Positions 33,009 to 46,321 of a DNA stretch of 64,000 nucleotides are shown piece by piece. Source of the stretch: Takakia lepidozioides (Eukaryota; Plantae; Bryophyta); NCBI GenBank assembly GCA_030704615.1, contig CM060731.1, positions 66,712,001 to 66,776,000 on the forward strand, in the 5' to 3' direction. Position 1 is the stretch's first letter. Each line of letters opens with the position of its first letter. The translations under genes and the position numbers were made by a program. Under the pieces are notes generated by a model that was not told the DNA's origin, did not search any database, and saw nothing but the letters and a program-made list of their open reading frames with translations.

Positions 33009-35053
33009 GAGAGGGAAGCTATACATGTCATGTCAAGACATGGACAAGACCACTAAGGTCATTGTCATTGAAAGACAATGCAACCCTTTACAGGGCACCA
33101 TCTAACAACCCCTTTTACCATCTCATTTGAATATCTCGTTGCTTTTCAGGGTATATGAAAAAACAGGGTGGGAGGGCGGGATTCCTGATCATTCATATCC
33201 TGAAAGTACCATGGGTTGACATAAAACATTCATCACCATACTATGCAGATTGTAATCTCATTTCAATAACTAGATTGCCGGTCTGGAGATAAGTCTCCAG
33301 AGTCAAGCACATAGTATTTTAAATTGAAATTGAAACAGCAAGATATATATGTCTTAAGCATATTCCAGCCCACCCATACTCGTAAATCTGGATCTGGTAT
33401 TTCTATTGCATGCTAGTAGAGATGCAAAGCAAGAACAGTATAGGGAGTAGGTTAAGAGACCATATAGAGCTTACCAGTTTTTGTCCCAAAAGATCACTTG
33501 GGGTTTTTTAGAAGACAGTTTGTAGTCTAAAAAGAGCCCAACAAGGCGATGCATGGTAGTCTATAGATAATCACAATGTCTGTATTACAAGACATAAGAC
33601 ATAAGCAGGATTCAAAAACAAGATTCAAAAACCAGGGCCAAGTCTTTTTAAGTAGTTACAAGTCTGGAGTGGTATTCCAGGGCCTTACAAATAGCTCTGC
33701 CAGGGTAGAAAAGGATTCAAAAACCCTGTTTGGAGTTCAGCTTATGAAATCAAAGTGAAATAGAGGCCTAGTAGAATGAGTATTGTCTACTAAGGCACAA
33801 CAATCCGTCATAAGAACAAGCCAAGAGGTTTAATTCTAGAGTCGAATTTCAGTGCAACCAAGGTACTAACTGCTACTTTATATCCGCATTGAGACATGGA
33901 AAAGAACCAGTAAATGAAATGGTAGATTTGTATTCCATAAAGTCTCATGTCTGCCCTACCTCCTGCCATGTAGATATGGTTGCAAGAAACCAAAATAAAG
34001 GTAAGGAGCACAAGTAGCTCCTCATTGGAGCCAGGTTGAAGTAGATCAGCATCCATATGCTGGCAGTTTTGAAGCAGCAAGAGGCTCAGCATCAGGCAAC
34101 AACAGCACCTATATTTGCAAGAGTAGGAATTGCAAGCTTCAAGAAATCAAGACAAGTGAAGACCCTCACCTGTGCCCATCCGAAAAACCGCCACATAGCG
34201 ATGTGTGTTAGTGAGGATGCAGCAGGTGAGTGGCAGGTCTTCACAGTTGCTATCCATGTCAGTGTTGAATTCTAAAGCATGTACAGATCACAATTCAAGC
34301 AAGTGTAAACTAAAAAAACCTTGAGTGTTTGTGGTATGCCCTGCGCCATGGCGTTCAATAGATCATCTCCAACAGAACACAATCAAAGTAGAAGCGTTCA
34401 CAGATAGAGAATAGCTCATACAAAAAGAGAGCAACATGTAATCTGTAGATAAATAGGGATAGAGTACTTCCCAACGAGGAGTAAAAGCGCCCCTACAAAA
34501 TAAAGAACCATGAGTTTCTGAGCAAAGCGATCATCGCTTTGTCGTCTGCCAGAGAGGAATCTGCCTAACCGCCAATGCGCATCCCAAGAGCCAGCCATCA
34601 CGAGTACCATGTAGCAGCAGGGGAGCAGGTTTACACGGCACATCATCAAGGTTCACTGAAGCACGAGTTCAGTGCTGTGAAATGTGTCGGCCTGCTTAGG
34701 GCACAACTTCCCGATTTCTCATCCAGGGTGGATGAAAAATCACATTTTATCAAGAGTAGCACTTTGTCAATGGATGACATCCAACAAAAAGGTATCTTTT
34801 AGGGTTATGGTATAGGCTTAGGTTTAATAACTGCGTTTTATTATCTCTTGGATTTGAAAGTAGGTAACCATTATTCATGTAGTTCATCCAGTTTAGATGA
34901 AAGAAATAGATGGTAAACCAAGCTTTCTGTACATTAAGTTTCATCATCCTATAATAATATCATGCGGATTTGGATGAAAAAGGTTGGGATGAAAAACTAA
35001 ATAACCTCAAAAGGTTAAGGCCAGATGAAATCCAAAGAGATATAGAGGGAGAG
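33009..35053 (-). repeat. Repeat block B1 (~2.05 kb)
   Basis: Near-identical inverted copy at 37430-39475. Confidence 0.9.
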
Positions 35054-35210
35054 GGAGAGAGGGAGAGAGAGAGGGACAAAGAAAGGGAGTGAGAGGGAGA
35101 GATCAGGAAACAAAAAGAAAAAGAGGAAGGTGGGGGGGGGGGGGTGACTGAGCAGTTGCTGCTCAGTCACCCCCCCCCCCCCCCTCCCCACCTTTTTGTT
35201 TTTTCTTTGT

Positions 35211-37429
35211 TGCCCCCTCTCTCCCTCTGTCTCCCTCTCTACTGGGAATTGGCAGTTTGCTATCAGTGTGGATTTTTTGTTTTCTCATCCTCTATCAGGC
35301 TTTTTCATCCATACCGGATGAGCCACCAGGATGGACACTGAATTACCTCTAGGATGGTTCTTTTGGCCTTTTCATTCCTCCTCTATTGACTCTCATCCAT
35401 ACCGGATGAGTCACCATGGAAGAAAAGAATTACCTATATGAAGGTTGCCAACAACATCCTGTTTTTCCATCCGTACCGGATGAAGAACTACCAGGGTGAT
35501 AATTTTTCATTCCTCTTTTATTGACTCTTTTTATCCATACCGGATGGTCTGGTAAGGAATAATAGAATTACCTAGATGGAGGTAAGGCGCTGCCACGGAT
35601 GATATTGCCTACTTTTTCATCCTGACACAAGTGATCTGTCTATGGATGATGTGATTATGACCTGGAATTGATCTTTACTACCCCTAATTATGATTAATTA
35701 CAGTGTAAACCCTAACCCCTACCCCAAAACCTATTTTTAACCTTGCTACGGATGAAATCCGTCAGGGTATATAGATTCGTCCTACTGTTTTTCATCCACG
35801 GATGAATAATCGGGGGACAACCCTATGTCGTCACTCCCGTTGTCAAAAGCACGCGATGTGCTTCTGAGCTCGTGAGGAGAGTGTTATGGCGGGCGTGCTT
35901 CGGTGGCTGCCCCGTTTGTGGTGTCGTACCCATGTTGGACGAGTGCCTGGGGGGCGCCAAGGCGGCGCCTTGTCTCTCTTGCAGTGGGAAACACCGCTAT
36001 GAAAGCAGTGGCATCTTCCCTCCTCTGGCTTCTTTTGTGCTTAGCAAGGATGCTTATGATGGGAAGTTCTCTCCCTCCTTTCTAGTGCCTTGCGATTGTG
36101 CCTGCTTTGCTTCATTGCTTATGTGCTTTGTGGAGGCGGCTTGCTGCGGGTGGTGATGGCGCATAACCCTCTTCCCCAATCGCTTAAGGTGCCTTTGGAG
36201 TTTAGGGATTCTCATGTTCTTATCTCTTTCTCTTGCTTTTGAGTTTCTTAGTGACATCGATGACAAGTGTGAGGGTCTGTGATTCACCTGGGGTTCCACA
36301 ATCCTCACTAACCTGTTGGTTTTTGTGGGGGCTTGTGATGGGACCAGGTGAGGATCCTCACCTACTTTGAAGTTTCTTGAGCATGCAGATTGGGATATGG
36401 GTTGAGGAGACTTAGGGTTGTGCACGCTGTGAGGTGGCTGCTGGCTGCAGCCCCGATTTCAACCCAACTGCCCTTGACTTGATATGCTCCAGCTTGCGTT
36501 CTGGCCTTTGTCGTTCTGCAGCCGATGCGCAGCTCGGCCTGACGGGCTTGTTTCCTGAGGCTTGCATACAAACCATACCCTACATTTTAATCTTTGACAG
36601 CACAGCCTGTGGATTACTAAGCTAGGTTGTAAGTTATTTTGGCCAAAGAGGATCTGGTTTTTGGTGGTATGTTTTTGGCGGTTTTGGGTAACTATGGATC
36701 TGATGGCCTTGAAGTTTAAGGCGGCAGCCTGGTAGGGTACTGCCCTGCTCCTTGTCAGGCCTACTTCTGATGTGTAATGGATCGTAGTAAGGTGTGCTTT
36801 GCATGTCTTAGCATGGAACTCCTGAAGGATGAGGATGGTAAGCTGCAATGGAATCCTACCTACTGTTTTGGATCTGTCATGACATCAGGCCTATGACCTG
36901 CCATCTGTTTTTTAATACAAAAGAGGCTGGATCTCGGCTGTTCATGTTGTTTGTTGGTACAAGTCTTGAACCTGCAATCTGACAGGCTGCATTCACATTC
37001 CCTTGATACCTTGTATGATCATATGTCTTAGGGTGAATACAAATGATATGGAATCTACTTCATCTGGCTCAAGTTGGACTGCTTGGTGGGATACTGAGAT
37101 TCTGACATAACGCATGCCGGTCCTTATGCCTTGGCTGATGCATGACTTGCCATAATTAATGGCTGAATTGGTAAGCTGCTGGTAGATGTACAGGCTGAAC
37201 CAAGAGGCCTTGCAGCATGCACTGGGACATCAATATCTTATCTTGTCCCACAAAAGCACATACCCCGCCCTCCCACCCTATTTTGTCTTGGATGATTGGG
37301 TGGTGTCTTTTGGGATGATTTGACAAGATTGGAAATGTGAGATAGTGCCCTATCCATGGCTGTTTATGTCTTTAATTGACAATGACCCTTATGGGTCTTG
37401 TCCATGTCTTGACATGACGTGAATATCTT
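35211..37429 (+). repeat. Repeat block A2
   Basis: Direct copy of 30722-32920 with scattered substitutions and a ~24-bp indel near 36037. Confidence 0.9.
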
Positions 37430-39475
37430 TCCTCTCCCTCTATAACTCTTTGGATTTCATCTGGTCTTAACTTTTTGAGGTTATTTAGTTTTTCATCCCA
37501 ACCTTTTTCATCCAAATCCGCATGATATTATTATAGGATGATGAAACTTAATGTACAGAAAGCTTGGTTTACCATCTATTTCTTTCATCTAAACTGGATG
37601 AACTACATGAATAATGGTTACCTACTTTCAAATCCAAGAGATAATAAAACGCAGTTATTAAACCTAAGCCTATACCATAACCCTAAAAGATACCTTTTTG
37701 TTGGATGTCATCCATTGACAAAGTGCTCTTGATAAAATGTGATTTTTCATCCACCCTGGATGAGAAATTGGGAAGTTGTGCCCTAAGCAGGCCGACACAT
37801 TTCACAGCACTGAACTCGTGCTTCAGTGAACCTTGATGATGCGCCGTGTAAACCTGCTCCCCTGCTACTACATGGTACTCGTGATGGCTGGCTCTTGGGA
37901 TGCACATTGGCGGTTAGGCAGATTCCTCTCTGGCAGACGACAATGCGATGATCGCTTTGCTCAGAAACTCATGGTTCTTTATTTTGCAGGGGCGCTTTTA
38001 CTCCTCGTTGGGAAGTACTCTATCCCTATTTATCTACAGATTACATGTTGCTCTATTTTTGTATGAGCTATTCTCTATCTGTGAACGCTTCTACTTTGAT
38101 TGCGTTCTGTTGGAGACGATCTATTGGACGCCATGGCGCAGGGCATACCACAAACACTCAAGGTTTTTTGAGTTTACACTTGCTTGAATTGTGATCTGTA
38201 CATTTTTTAGAATTCAACACTAACATGGATAACAACTGTGAAGACTTGCCACTCACCTACTGCATCCTCACTAACACACATCGCTATGTGGCGGTTTTTG
38301 GGACGAGCACAGGTGAGGGTCTTCACTTGTCTTGATTTCTTGAAGCTTGCAATTCCTACTCTTGCAAATATAGGTGCTGTTGTTGCCTGCTGCTGAGCCT
38401 CTTGATGCTTCAAAACTGCCAGCATATGGATGCTGACCTGCTTCAACCTGGCTCCAATGAGGAGCTACTTATGCTCCTTACCTTTATTTTGGTTTCTTGC
38501 AACCATATCTACATGAAAGGAGGTAGGGCAGACATGAGACTTTATGGAATACAAATCTATCATTTCATTTACTGGTTCTTTTCCATGTCTCAATGCGGAT
38601 ATAAAGTAGCAGTTAGTACCTTGGCTGCACTGAAATTCGACTCTAGAATTAAACCTCTTGGCTTGTTCTTATGACGGATTGTTGTGCCTTAGTAGACAAC
38701 ACTCATTCTGCTAGGCCTCTATTTCACTTTGATTTCATAAGCTGAACTGCAAACAGGGTTTTTGAATCCTTTTCTACCCTGGCAGAGCTGTTTGTAAGGC
38801 CTTGGAATACCACTCCAGACTTGTAACTACTTAAAAAGACTTGGCCCTGGTTTTTGAATCCTGTTTTTGAATCCTACTTATGTCTTATGTCTTGTAAAAC
38901 AGACATTGTGATTATCTATAGACTACCATGCATCGCCTTGTTGGGCTCTTTTTAGACTACAAACTGTTTTCTAAAAAACCCCAAGTGATCTTTTGGGACA
39001 AAAATTGGTAAGCTCTATATGGTCTCTTAACCTACTCCCTATACTGTTCTTGCTTTGCATCTCTACTAGCATGCAATAGAAATACCAGATCCAGATTTAC
39101 GAGTATGGGTGGGCTGGAATATGCTTAAGACATATATATCTTGCTGTTTCAATTTCAATTTAAAGTACTATGTGCTTGACTCTGGAGACTTATCTCTAGA
39201 CCGACAATCTAGTTATTGAAATGAGATTACAATCTGCATAGTATGGTGATGAATGTTTTATGTCAACCCATGGTACTTTCAGGATATGAATGACCAAGAA
39301 TCCCGCCCTCCCACCCTGTTTTTTCAGATACCCTGAAAAGCAACGAGATATTCAAATGAGATGGTAAAAGGGGTTGTTAGATGGTGCCCTGTAAAGGGTT
39401 GCATTGTCTTTCAATGACAATGACCTTAGTGGTCTTGTCCATGTCTTGACATGACATGTATATCTTCCCTCTCTC
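37430..39475 (+). repeat. Repeat block B2 (inverted copy of B1)
   Basis: Mirror ORFs, e.g. 34750-34947(-) and 37538-37732(+) give almost the same peptide. Confidence 0.9.
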
Positions 39476-39489
39476 TTTTTAACTTTTTC

Positions 39490-39834
39490 TACAGAGGGGT
39501 CAACTCTGAGGTTAAGAAAACCATGCTTTGTCGCATTATTAGACCTGCCTTGGAGTACGGATCTGCAATATGGGTTGATAAATCTGACTTAGAGGCTGTA
39601 GTATCCAAAGCCATGTCTGTTGCCATGAGATTGTCTGATGAAAATGAAGTTAGGCAGAAAACTTCCATGAACTTGTTTCCAGTCAGTGACATGGGGGAGG
39701 ACATCTTGGATGACCTCAAGGGTCTACCCACTCTCGGCACTAGACTGAAATTTAAACTCAGGGTAGGAAGCCTACTTTTGAGGTACCGTTGGAAAGCCCT
39801 CGACGAAGAGGGGTGCACCGGCTTGGTCTCATGA
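39490..39834 (+). mobile_element. LINE-like RT C-terminal fragment
   Basis: KKTMLCRIIRPALEYGSAIW resembles the RT thumb motif; RLKFKLRVG. Confidence 0.45.
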
Positions 39835-40739
39835 TTTTTGTGGGAGATACGGAATTCCAAGTATTTTTGGTCGTTGGAAATTCACAAAAATAGCAAAAAT
39901 GGCAAAGTGGGCATTCCTGGGACAATGGTTGGAGTCTCGAGGGGAGAGATATCAAGGGAAAGGTCTCTGGTTCAAATCTGGCTATTTGGAAGAAAAAATG
40001 ATTATATATGGGATTGCACTTGGACTTAGATGACATTGGACACTTGGGCCTATACATGGGAGATGCACTTGGATACATGAATAGAAGATTGCACTTGGGC
40101 CAACGGCATAGGCTACACTTGAGGTCGCACTTGGACCTCAGCGCTGGGGCCTTGGGTTTGGGACATCTCAACGACGCTACAAAACAAAACAAAGCAAAAC
40201 AAATGTCTAGCTTCATATATTTGAGAGGAAGCCTGCATCTCTGGTAGAGTACAACTACGCCAAGGAGCATGGTTGGCAATCCCTCATGAAGAACATGGCC
40301 AACACAGAGGGGATGAGTGCACTACAAGGCACTAGTATGGATGAGGTCGAGGGTCATGCCCAGGGATTGGATGAGAGCTCTGTGGGACTTAGGGGAACGC
40401 CACCTCATTTACGTGCTCTGGCAAAGGGCGCGGAGTCATCAGGCTCATCGGATAGCTCTGAGTCCTCCACCGAGGATGAGGATGAGGATGACTAGTCCTA
40501 GTCCATGTAGGTCCCAGGGTCAGCCTACTGAACCCTTGTGAGCTTTTCAGCTCATTTCCTGTAAATATATTTCCATCTTTCTATCTTCCATCTTATTCAT
40601 GTGTCGCACCGTCCTCACCCTCGATTCATGCTTGCTCAATTGTGTACCTGCTAGATCAGAGAAATGGAACTGTAAGGTCTCCCATCCCCAAATACAAAAC
40701 CAGGCAAAAAACAAAAAACCACCCCCAATTCACCCCCAA

Positions 40740-41442
40740 AATCAACCCCCCCCCCCCCGGCGACGTGTTTTTTGGGCGGGGGTCGCCAGCAGCGACGGTC
40801 GGGCGTCGCAAACCCCATATGAAGGCGACAACGCCCGACACCCCCTACGACGTGTTTTTTAGTCCAGGGGTCGCAAGCCGCGACGCCCTGGCGTCGCGGA
40901 GACCGCCACCCTGCCTGCGCCACGTCTTTTATTATTATTAAATTTAAAACACAAGCGACGCCAGAGCGTTGCAACAACCCACGCTCGGGTGTGGCGGAGA
41001 CCGACTCCTGCTCCTGCTGTTTTTTGCCACGCCCAATAGTCGCTTGCAGCGATGCACGGGCGTCGCTTGGCGTACCACCCGGCTTACGCCACGTGTTTTT
41101 GGGTTTTATGATGGGACTCCCGGGCAGGTTAGAAAAAAAAAAGGGATGCGACGCCGCACCGGTGCACCCACCAACGCTGTCGGCTGGAGGGCCGCGACGG
41201 CGAGACGTCGCTCAAAGAGGCCCCTGCCATCGGCGCGGACGGCCTGAAAAACCGACGTCTAGTTGCGGGAGTTGGGGCGGGGGCTCGCGACCCCCATACG
41301 TCGCATTTTGGCGACGCCCTTGCGATTGCAGGGCGACGGCCGGGCGTCGCAAATTCTGCGCCTGCCGCGTGCCCGAAAAGGGCGTTTTCCCGACGCTACG
41401 GCGTGGCGCGGGCGTCGCAAAGACCCCCCTTTTCCTGTAGTG
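40740..41442. mobile_element. CACTA terminus with subterminal repeats
   Basis: Ends in CCCCCCTTTTCCTGTAGTG (reverse complement CACTACAGGAAAAGGGGGG); dense GCGAC/GTCGC motifs. Confidence 0.85.
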
Positions 41443-41582
41443 GTGGCTGCACTAGTGGTGGCTAGTGGCAGCCTAGTGGTGGACTAGTGGTGGACTAGTG
41501 TTAGACTAGTGTTTGGTGTGCACATGTGTTGTGTGGTTTTGGACAACGATGTAACTGTGTAGCGATACGTATGCGCACGACA
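41443..41582 (-). mobile_element. LTR-like fragment beginning TGTCGTGCGC with CCACTAGT repeats
   Basis: Reverse-complement match to the sequence starting at 52092. Confidence 0.7.
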
Positions 41583-41809
41583 AGGGCAAAGACGTCCCTG
41601 GCGACATCATCAAATCTGAAATTGGATCAACTATCATTCACCCGCCTGGCTATACACTGCTCGCAGCAAATTCAACGGCCACCACATTCACCAAGGTATG
41701 CAGCGTTATGATGCAGCTGCAGTACCCTTGCCAACAAACTCTTAGCATTAATCAGATCTGCAACGCCCAAGTCAGTAGCATAGCAGCCCCTTTACTTGGT
41801 GGAGAGAGT

Positions 41810-41915
41810 TCCAATCCTGTTTTCTTCATGTGCATTTGCAATGCGGGTGCGAGTGTGGCAGCCCTAGTAAATGGCAAAGAGGTTCATGGTGAAATCGTCA
41901 CAGTTGGAATTCTAG
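41810..41915 (+). pseudogene. Single PPR L-motif-like fragment
   Basis: NPVFFMCICNAGASVAALVNGKEVHGEIVTVGI resembles the 25.7-26.5 kb fragments. Confidence 0.5.
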
Positions 41916-43678
41916 AGACTGCCCCCACTGCCATGAATATTAAAAGTGGTGGTCAGGTGTTTTTGTTCTCATCAGTGGGCATCTACACCCTCATGTTGAG
42001 AAATAGTATCAGGCTGAGCTTGCATATGGGCAGCGCCATGAGGCTGCCGCTCCTTGACATTACGAACTACTCTGCTGCTCGGTGGTTCTGCCCCAATGCG
42101 ATGGTTTCCCTAGCCCCGTACATAATCTCCAATTGGCTGACAAGACCTTATGATATCTCGTGCCTCCGTAGGCAAAGGATACTGGACTGGCCAACCCTTC
42201 TCAGCTGGTTCCACAACCGTGACGGTGACTTCGTGCCCCGCAACACTGCTGCCAACATTTCCACTCAGGTGCCATTGCAATGGCAATAGTGGCGGCTCAA
42301 TCTCCGTCCTCAACCAGCTCACTATCTTCTTATTCTTTGGGAGTACACTCACCCTTCCCCCTATTCTTGGTTTTTCTCTTCCTTCTCATTGTTTAATAGA
42401 TTCGGCTCTACTTACAATGAAGTCTCACCATATTTTGATGCACAGTTGCTATGCCACAAATGGACCCGGTCTTAATTGGCACCTTACTACCAAGTTGGAT
42501 CAGCCACACATATACCTAAAGCGCTTCGCTGCCCAAGTCCAACACTCGCGACCAACTGCCCCTTGCCAGACACCTTCCATGATACCCTGCCCTACTCTTT
42601 CAGGTACAAGTCCTCTCAATTTCTACCATCTGAAGCACAAATTCAATACAGATAACCACCTCGTCTCATCTACATCTCCCAGCTTACTCGTACCACTTCC
42701 CTCTATTCTGCTTGATCCCCTTTCAAGTTTATGGGCTCCCGATTTCAACACACAGTTGTTGCTTGCCAAGTTTTCTGCTTTCTACATCACCCAATGTAAA
42801 TGGTCTCATGGTTCTAGCAGATCTTGCCCACCTCTGCATTATTATACTTGGCCTTCTCGCAATACCACTATCTGCTCTCAAACTAGTTCCCAATGCTATT
42901 TCAACGCTAGATACGTTCTCCTCAGTATGTCCCCCTCCTTTCATTTATATGACATGACCTCATCATATGGTGATACACTCCACACTATCTGTTCATCGCT
43001 CTAACCCGCATCTCTTTCTTATAGGCTCTCGTCCAAGCGAGGAGCACCCAATGCTCATATCCTCCTCTATACAAGCTACTTGGACATACTGGCTCTATCT
43101 ATTTCTATCAATTTTACACACTTGTTACTCTCCCCACACTCTCTTACACAACTACACAATTTTACACCATGATTTTACACCATGATCTGTTCTCACTCGA
43201 AACAATTTTACACCATGATCTTTACTCTCTGTTCTTATACAATGAGTTTTACAAAATCTATTACCGACACTACGTTACTCGCCTCCCTTCGGAGGCATAT
43301 CATCCATCTTCTATCAGTCACATCCTATCACAAATCCTTTGTGCATGAAACAAGTGGCTTCTACAAAAATCTTCATTACTACTCTCATCCATGTCCTCTC
43401 CCGAATGCATACCATCCGCCATCTACCAACTATCTACCACAAATCCCGCCGCACCAGAGATTCTCTGTGCGTGAAACAATTCCACACCTCGGATGCCCAA
43501 CTCACAAACCCTCACACAACAACTTCCCTCTCTTTTTATTACACATACCCACCCAAACCTCATACTCACTCTTTATCAAACCCACCCTAATTGCTCCCAT
43601 ACTCACTCCCACACAATAAGCCCTTTCATCCACTGTGCTACCCCTAAAATTATTCCCCGCATACACTCTTATACTGTC

Positions 43679-44275
43679 TGTCACGGACATAGCCCAGAGG
43701 AACTTACCAGGAGTAAATACCAGAAGTTACCATGACTTACCGTGATTTACCATGATTTACCATTAGTTACTAAGTTACCGGGAATTTATCAAATTACCAA
43801 GAGTAACTTGGGATACTGCTCAGGAAGCTTCCTTTGGAGGAAACTTCTCCACCAAGATACCTCATTTGTTTAAAGAAGCTTCTCCATCAAGAAACCTTTG
43901 TTTAATCTTGTAAACTTCTCAATCAAAAAACCTCTATAGGGGAAGCTTCTTAGGGAACTTCTTAGTAGTCAGTATATATAGGAGGCGAGATTGGACACTC
44001 TTCAGTTTCGCCAACACCAGTTCAAGCTACTCTTGTTTCCGGTTCCCAATACTCCAGTCCAGTTCCCAGTACTCTAGCCCAGTTTCCAGTATCTGGTACT
44101 CCAGTCCAGTTTCTAGCATTCCAGTATTCAAGTCGTGTTCCAATATCTTGTACTTTTGTTCATTGTTATAAAGATCGTCTTGATTCCTATTTACTCATCA
44201 TGCATTTGGCCACGCCGACCTTGACTTCTTGTCTAGTCTTGTACCTCTAGTCTGATCTCTTGTTTGTGTTCAGTC
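43679..44275 (+). mobile_element. LTR-like segment abutting the truncated Gypsy RT
   Basis: Starts TGTCACGG; TATA-like TATATATA at ~43973; TTACC and CCAGT short repeats; 3' end not canonical. Confidence 0.4.
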
Positions 44276-46321
44276 ATGCTCTCGTCCCAATTGGTCGAGA
44301 AACCCAGAAATCAGCGGCAACGGATAATGATTCTTAATTGTGACTTTGTTGAGACTGCGATAGTCCACACACATGCGTAATGATCCGTCATTCTTTTTCA
44401 CAAACAAGATAGGCGCCCCCGCAGGTGATTTTGAATGTCGGATGAAGTTCTTTGACAAATTTTCATCAATGTACTCACGTAATGCAGCCATCTCTGTCTG
44501 GGATAAGTTATAGATTGGGCCGAATGGTGGTTGGGCTCCTTCTTGTAACTCAATTGCATAGTCATAAGGTCGATGTTCTGGCAATATGTCTGCATTTTTC
44601 TTCTCGAAGACATCCTTGAAATCTTGATATTGAGTGGGTAATGTCGAAGTACCTTTGTCTGTTGTGGTCTTGATCGGAGTCGCATAAAATACAAATGCCG
44701 CATCTTTTTTGGTAGCTCTCATGAAAGCTCTAGTTTCAAGGAACAGGGGTTGAATATCTTTGATATTTCTACATTTTTGTCTTGCAGAAATTTTTCGCGA
44801 TCGCCAGTCGATGTCAGGATTGTGAAGTACGAACCAGGGAAGTCCAAGGATCACAGGATTCGTTGGAGACTGGATGACGTTGAAAACAATATGTGATGCT
44901 TGATTTTCAAGCTTCACTTCAAGTGGTCAAGTTTCATGGTCAACATTTCCTGATGCTAACGGTCGTCCATCGATGACTTCAACGGGGGCCGAGAGTTTCT
45001 TCTTTACGAGCGTTAAATTGTGTTGTTTCGCAAAGTTTTTGTCCATAAAACATGCTGAAGCCCCCGAGTTCAAAAGTGCTTCCACAAAGATATCTTGATT
45101 TTGCACTCTGATTTTTACCGGAACTGTGAAGCAAGGTGCAGGGTCTGGAGGTAGAAAAAGATTTTTTTTCGGTGAGGAATTTGTGGTGTCCAGCCGCATG
45201 GTCCCTACTGTGACTGGGCATCTTCGTTTTTCGACCTCCTCATATCGAACACTTGAGTTGCGCCTCGAGCTTTAAATCTTCTATTGTTGGGGCAGTTTAA
45301 TGCTATGTGATCTTCTTCTCCGCAATAGAGGCATAATCCATTCGAGCGCCGTCTTTGTTTTTTTTGTGATGTCAATGGCTTGAATTGGACAACATCAATC
45401 TGTATAGGATCACTACCGGATGTCTGATGGATCGTTGTGTTTGGTGCCGTAGTAGCAGCGACATGATGCGTCGTCGACCATCCAGATCGCTTCTCTTGAT
45501 GTCTTTCGAACAAACGATTATCGCATGCAATGACTTGGGTAATGAATTCGCTCAGTGTGCTCATGTTTGGCATTGTCAGCAACAATTTTTTTACATCATC
45601 TTTTAGCCCACATCGAAACTGACTAATGAGGCTCTTCTCATTCCAGTCGAGGTCGCACACAAGTTGTCGAAATTCGACAGCATAAACGGAAACAGGACGT
45701 GCTCATTGCCGAAGATTTCGCATATTTGTCTCTGCAATTTTCTCCCTATCATTTTTTCTAAACGTTGCAGTGAACTCGGACATGAATGCTTCAAAATTGT
45801 ATAGTAAATGCGAATTTTTTTCTAATAGTGGTGCAAACCAAAATAGGGCAGTGCCTGATAGAAGGGTGCCCACGAATCCCACTTGAATACCTTCATCGGG
45901 GTAATGTTGTGGATGTAGTCGGTTCTCTCGTAATCTGTTGAAGAGGAACCGTTGCAGTGGGAGTTGTTGCAGTAGAGACTCGTATGGTTGAAGATCCATT
46001 GTTCGACTCATTTAACTCTCAAATTTGTTGTTGCAAATTGTGGAGAGCGTTGCCAAGATCTTGAGACTAATCAGCTTGTAATTGGGTGGTAGAGGTACGA
46101 AGTTCTTGCATCTGGAGCTGAAGACTCTACAATGTGGCGACCATTTCCGCAAATGTGCCTTCCATCTTAACTAACTAAGGAACAAACTTTAGTCTCGTCA
46201 AACTGTCAAGGCCGAGAGCATTAGACGACGATCAGAAAACTGCCAGAACTGACGATAAAAAAACTGCCGGTACCCTAAAGCACTGGTCCTGTCGAAATAG
46301 ACTTATCGAACGGCCTTGATA
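44270..46321 (-). mobile_element. Ty3/Gypsy remnant: LTR, gag, protease, RT N-terminus
   Basis: gag ATG at 46165; LLSGTALFWF; CLYCGEEDHIALNC knuckle; ALLNSGASACF; ILGLPW; [24 protein letters not shown]. Confidence 0.9.
46204..46321 (-). repeat. 118-bp LTR-like unit with 11-bp terminal inverted repeats
   Basis: TGTCAAGGCCG ... CGGCCTTGATA, 38 bp upstream of the gag ATG. Confidence 0.6.

Noticed and set aside
31334-38674. Short ORFs recurring in blocks A and B
   Set aside because: They recur only because the DNA is duplicated; indels between copies break frames and no domains are evident
30722-39475. Canonical Helitron call
   Set aside because: A 3' hairpin is present, but no TC...CTRR termini or A|T insertion site is visible
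39840-40600. Decayed retroelement-like segment with an acidic ORF tail
   Set aside because: No diagnostic motif
42150-43620. 284-aa and neighbouring ORFs
   Set aside because: C/T-biased low-complexity sequence without domain signal
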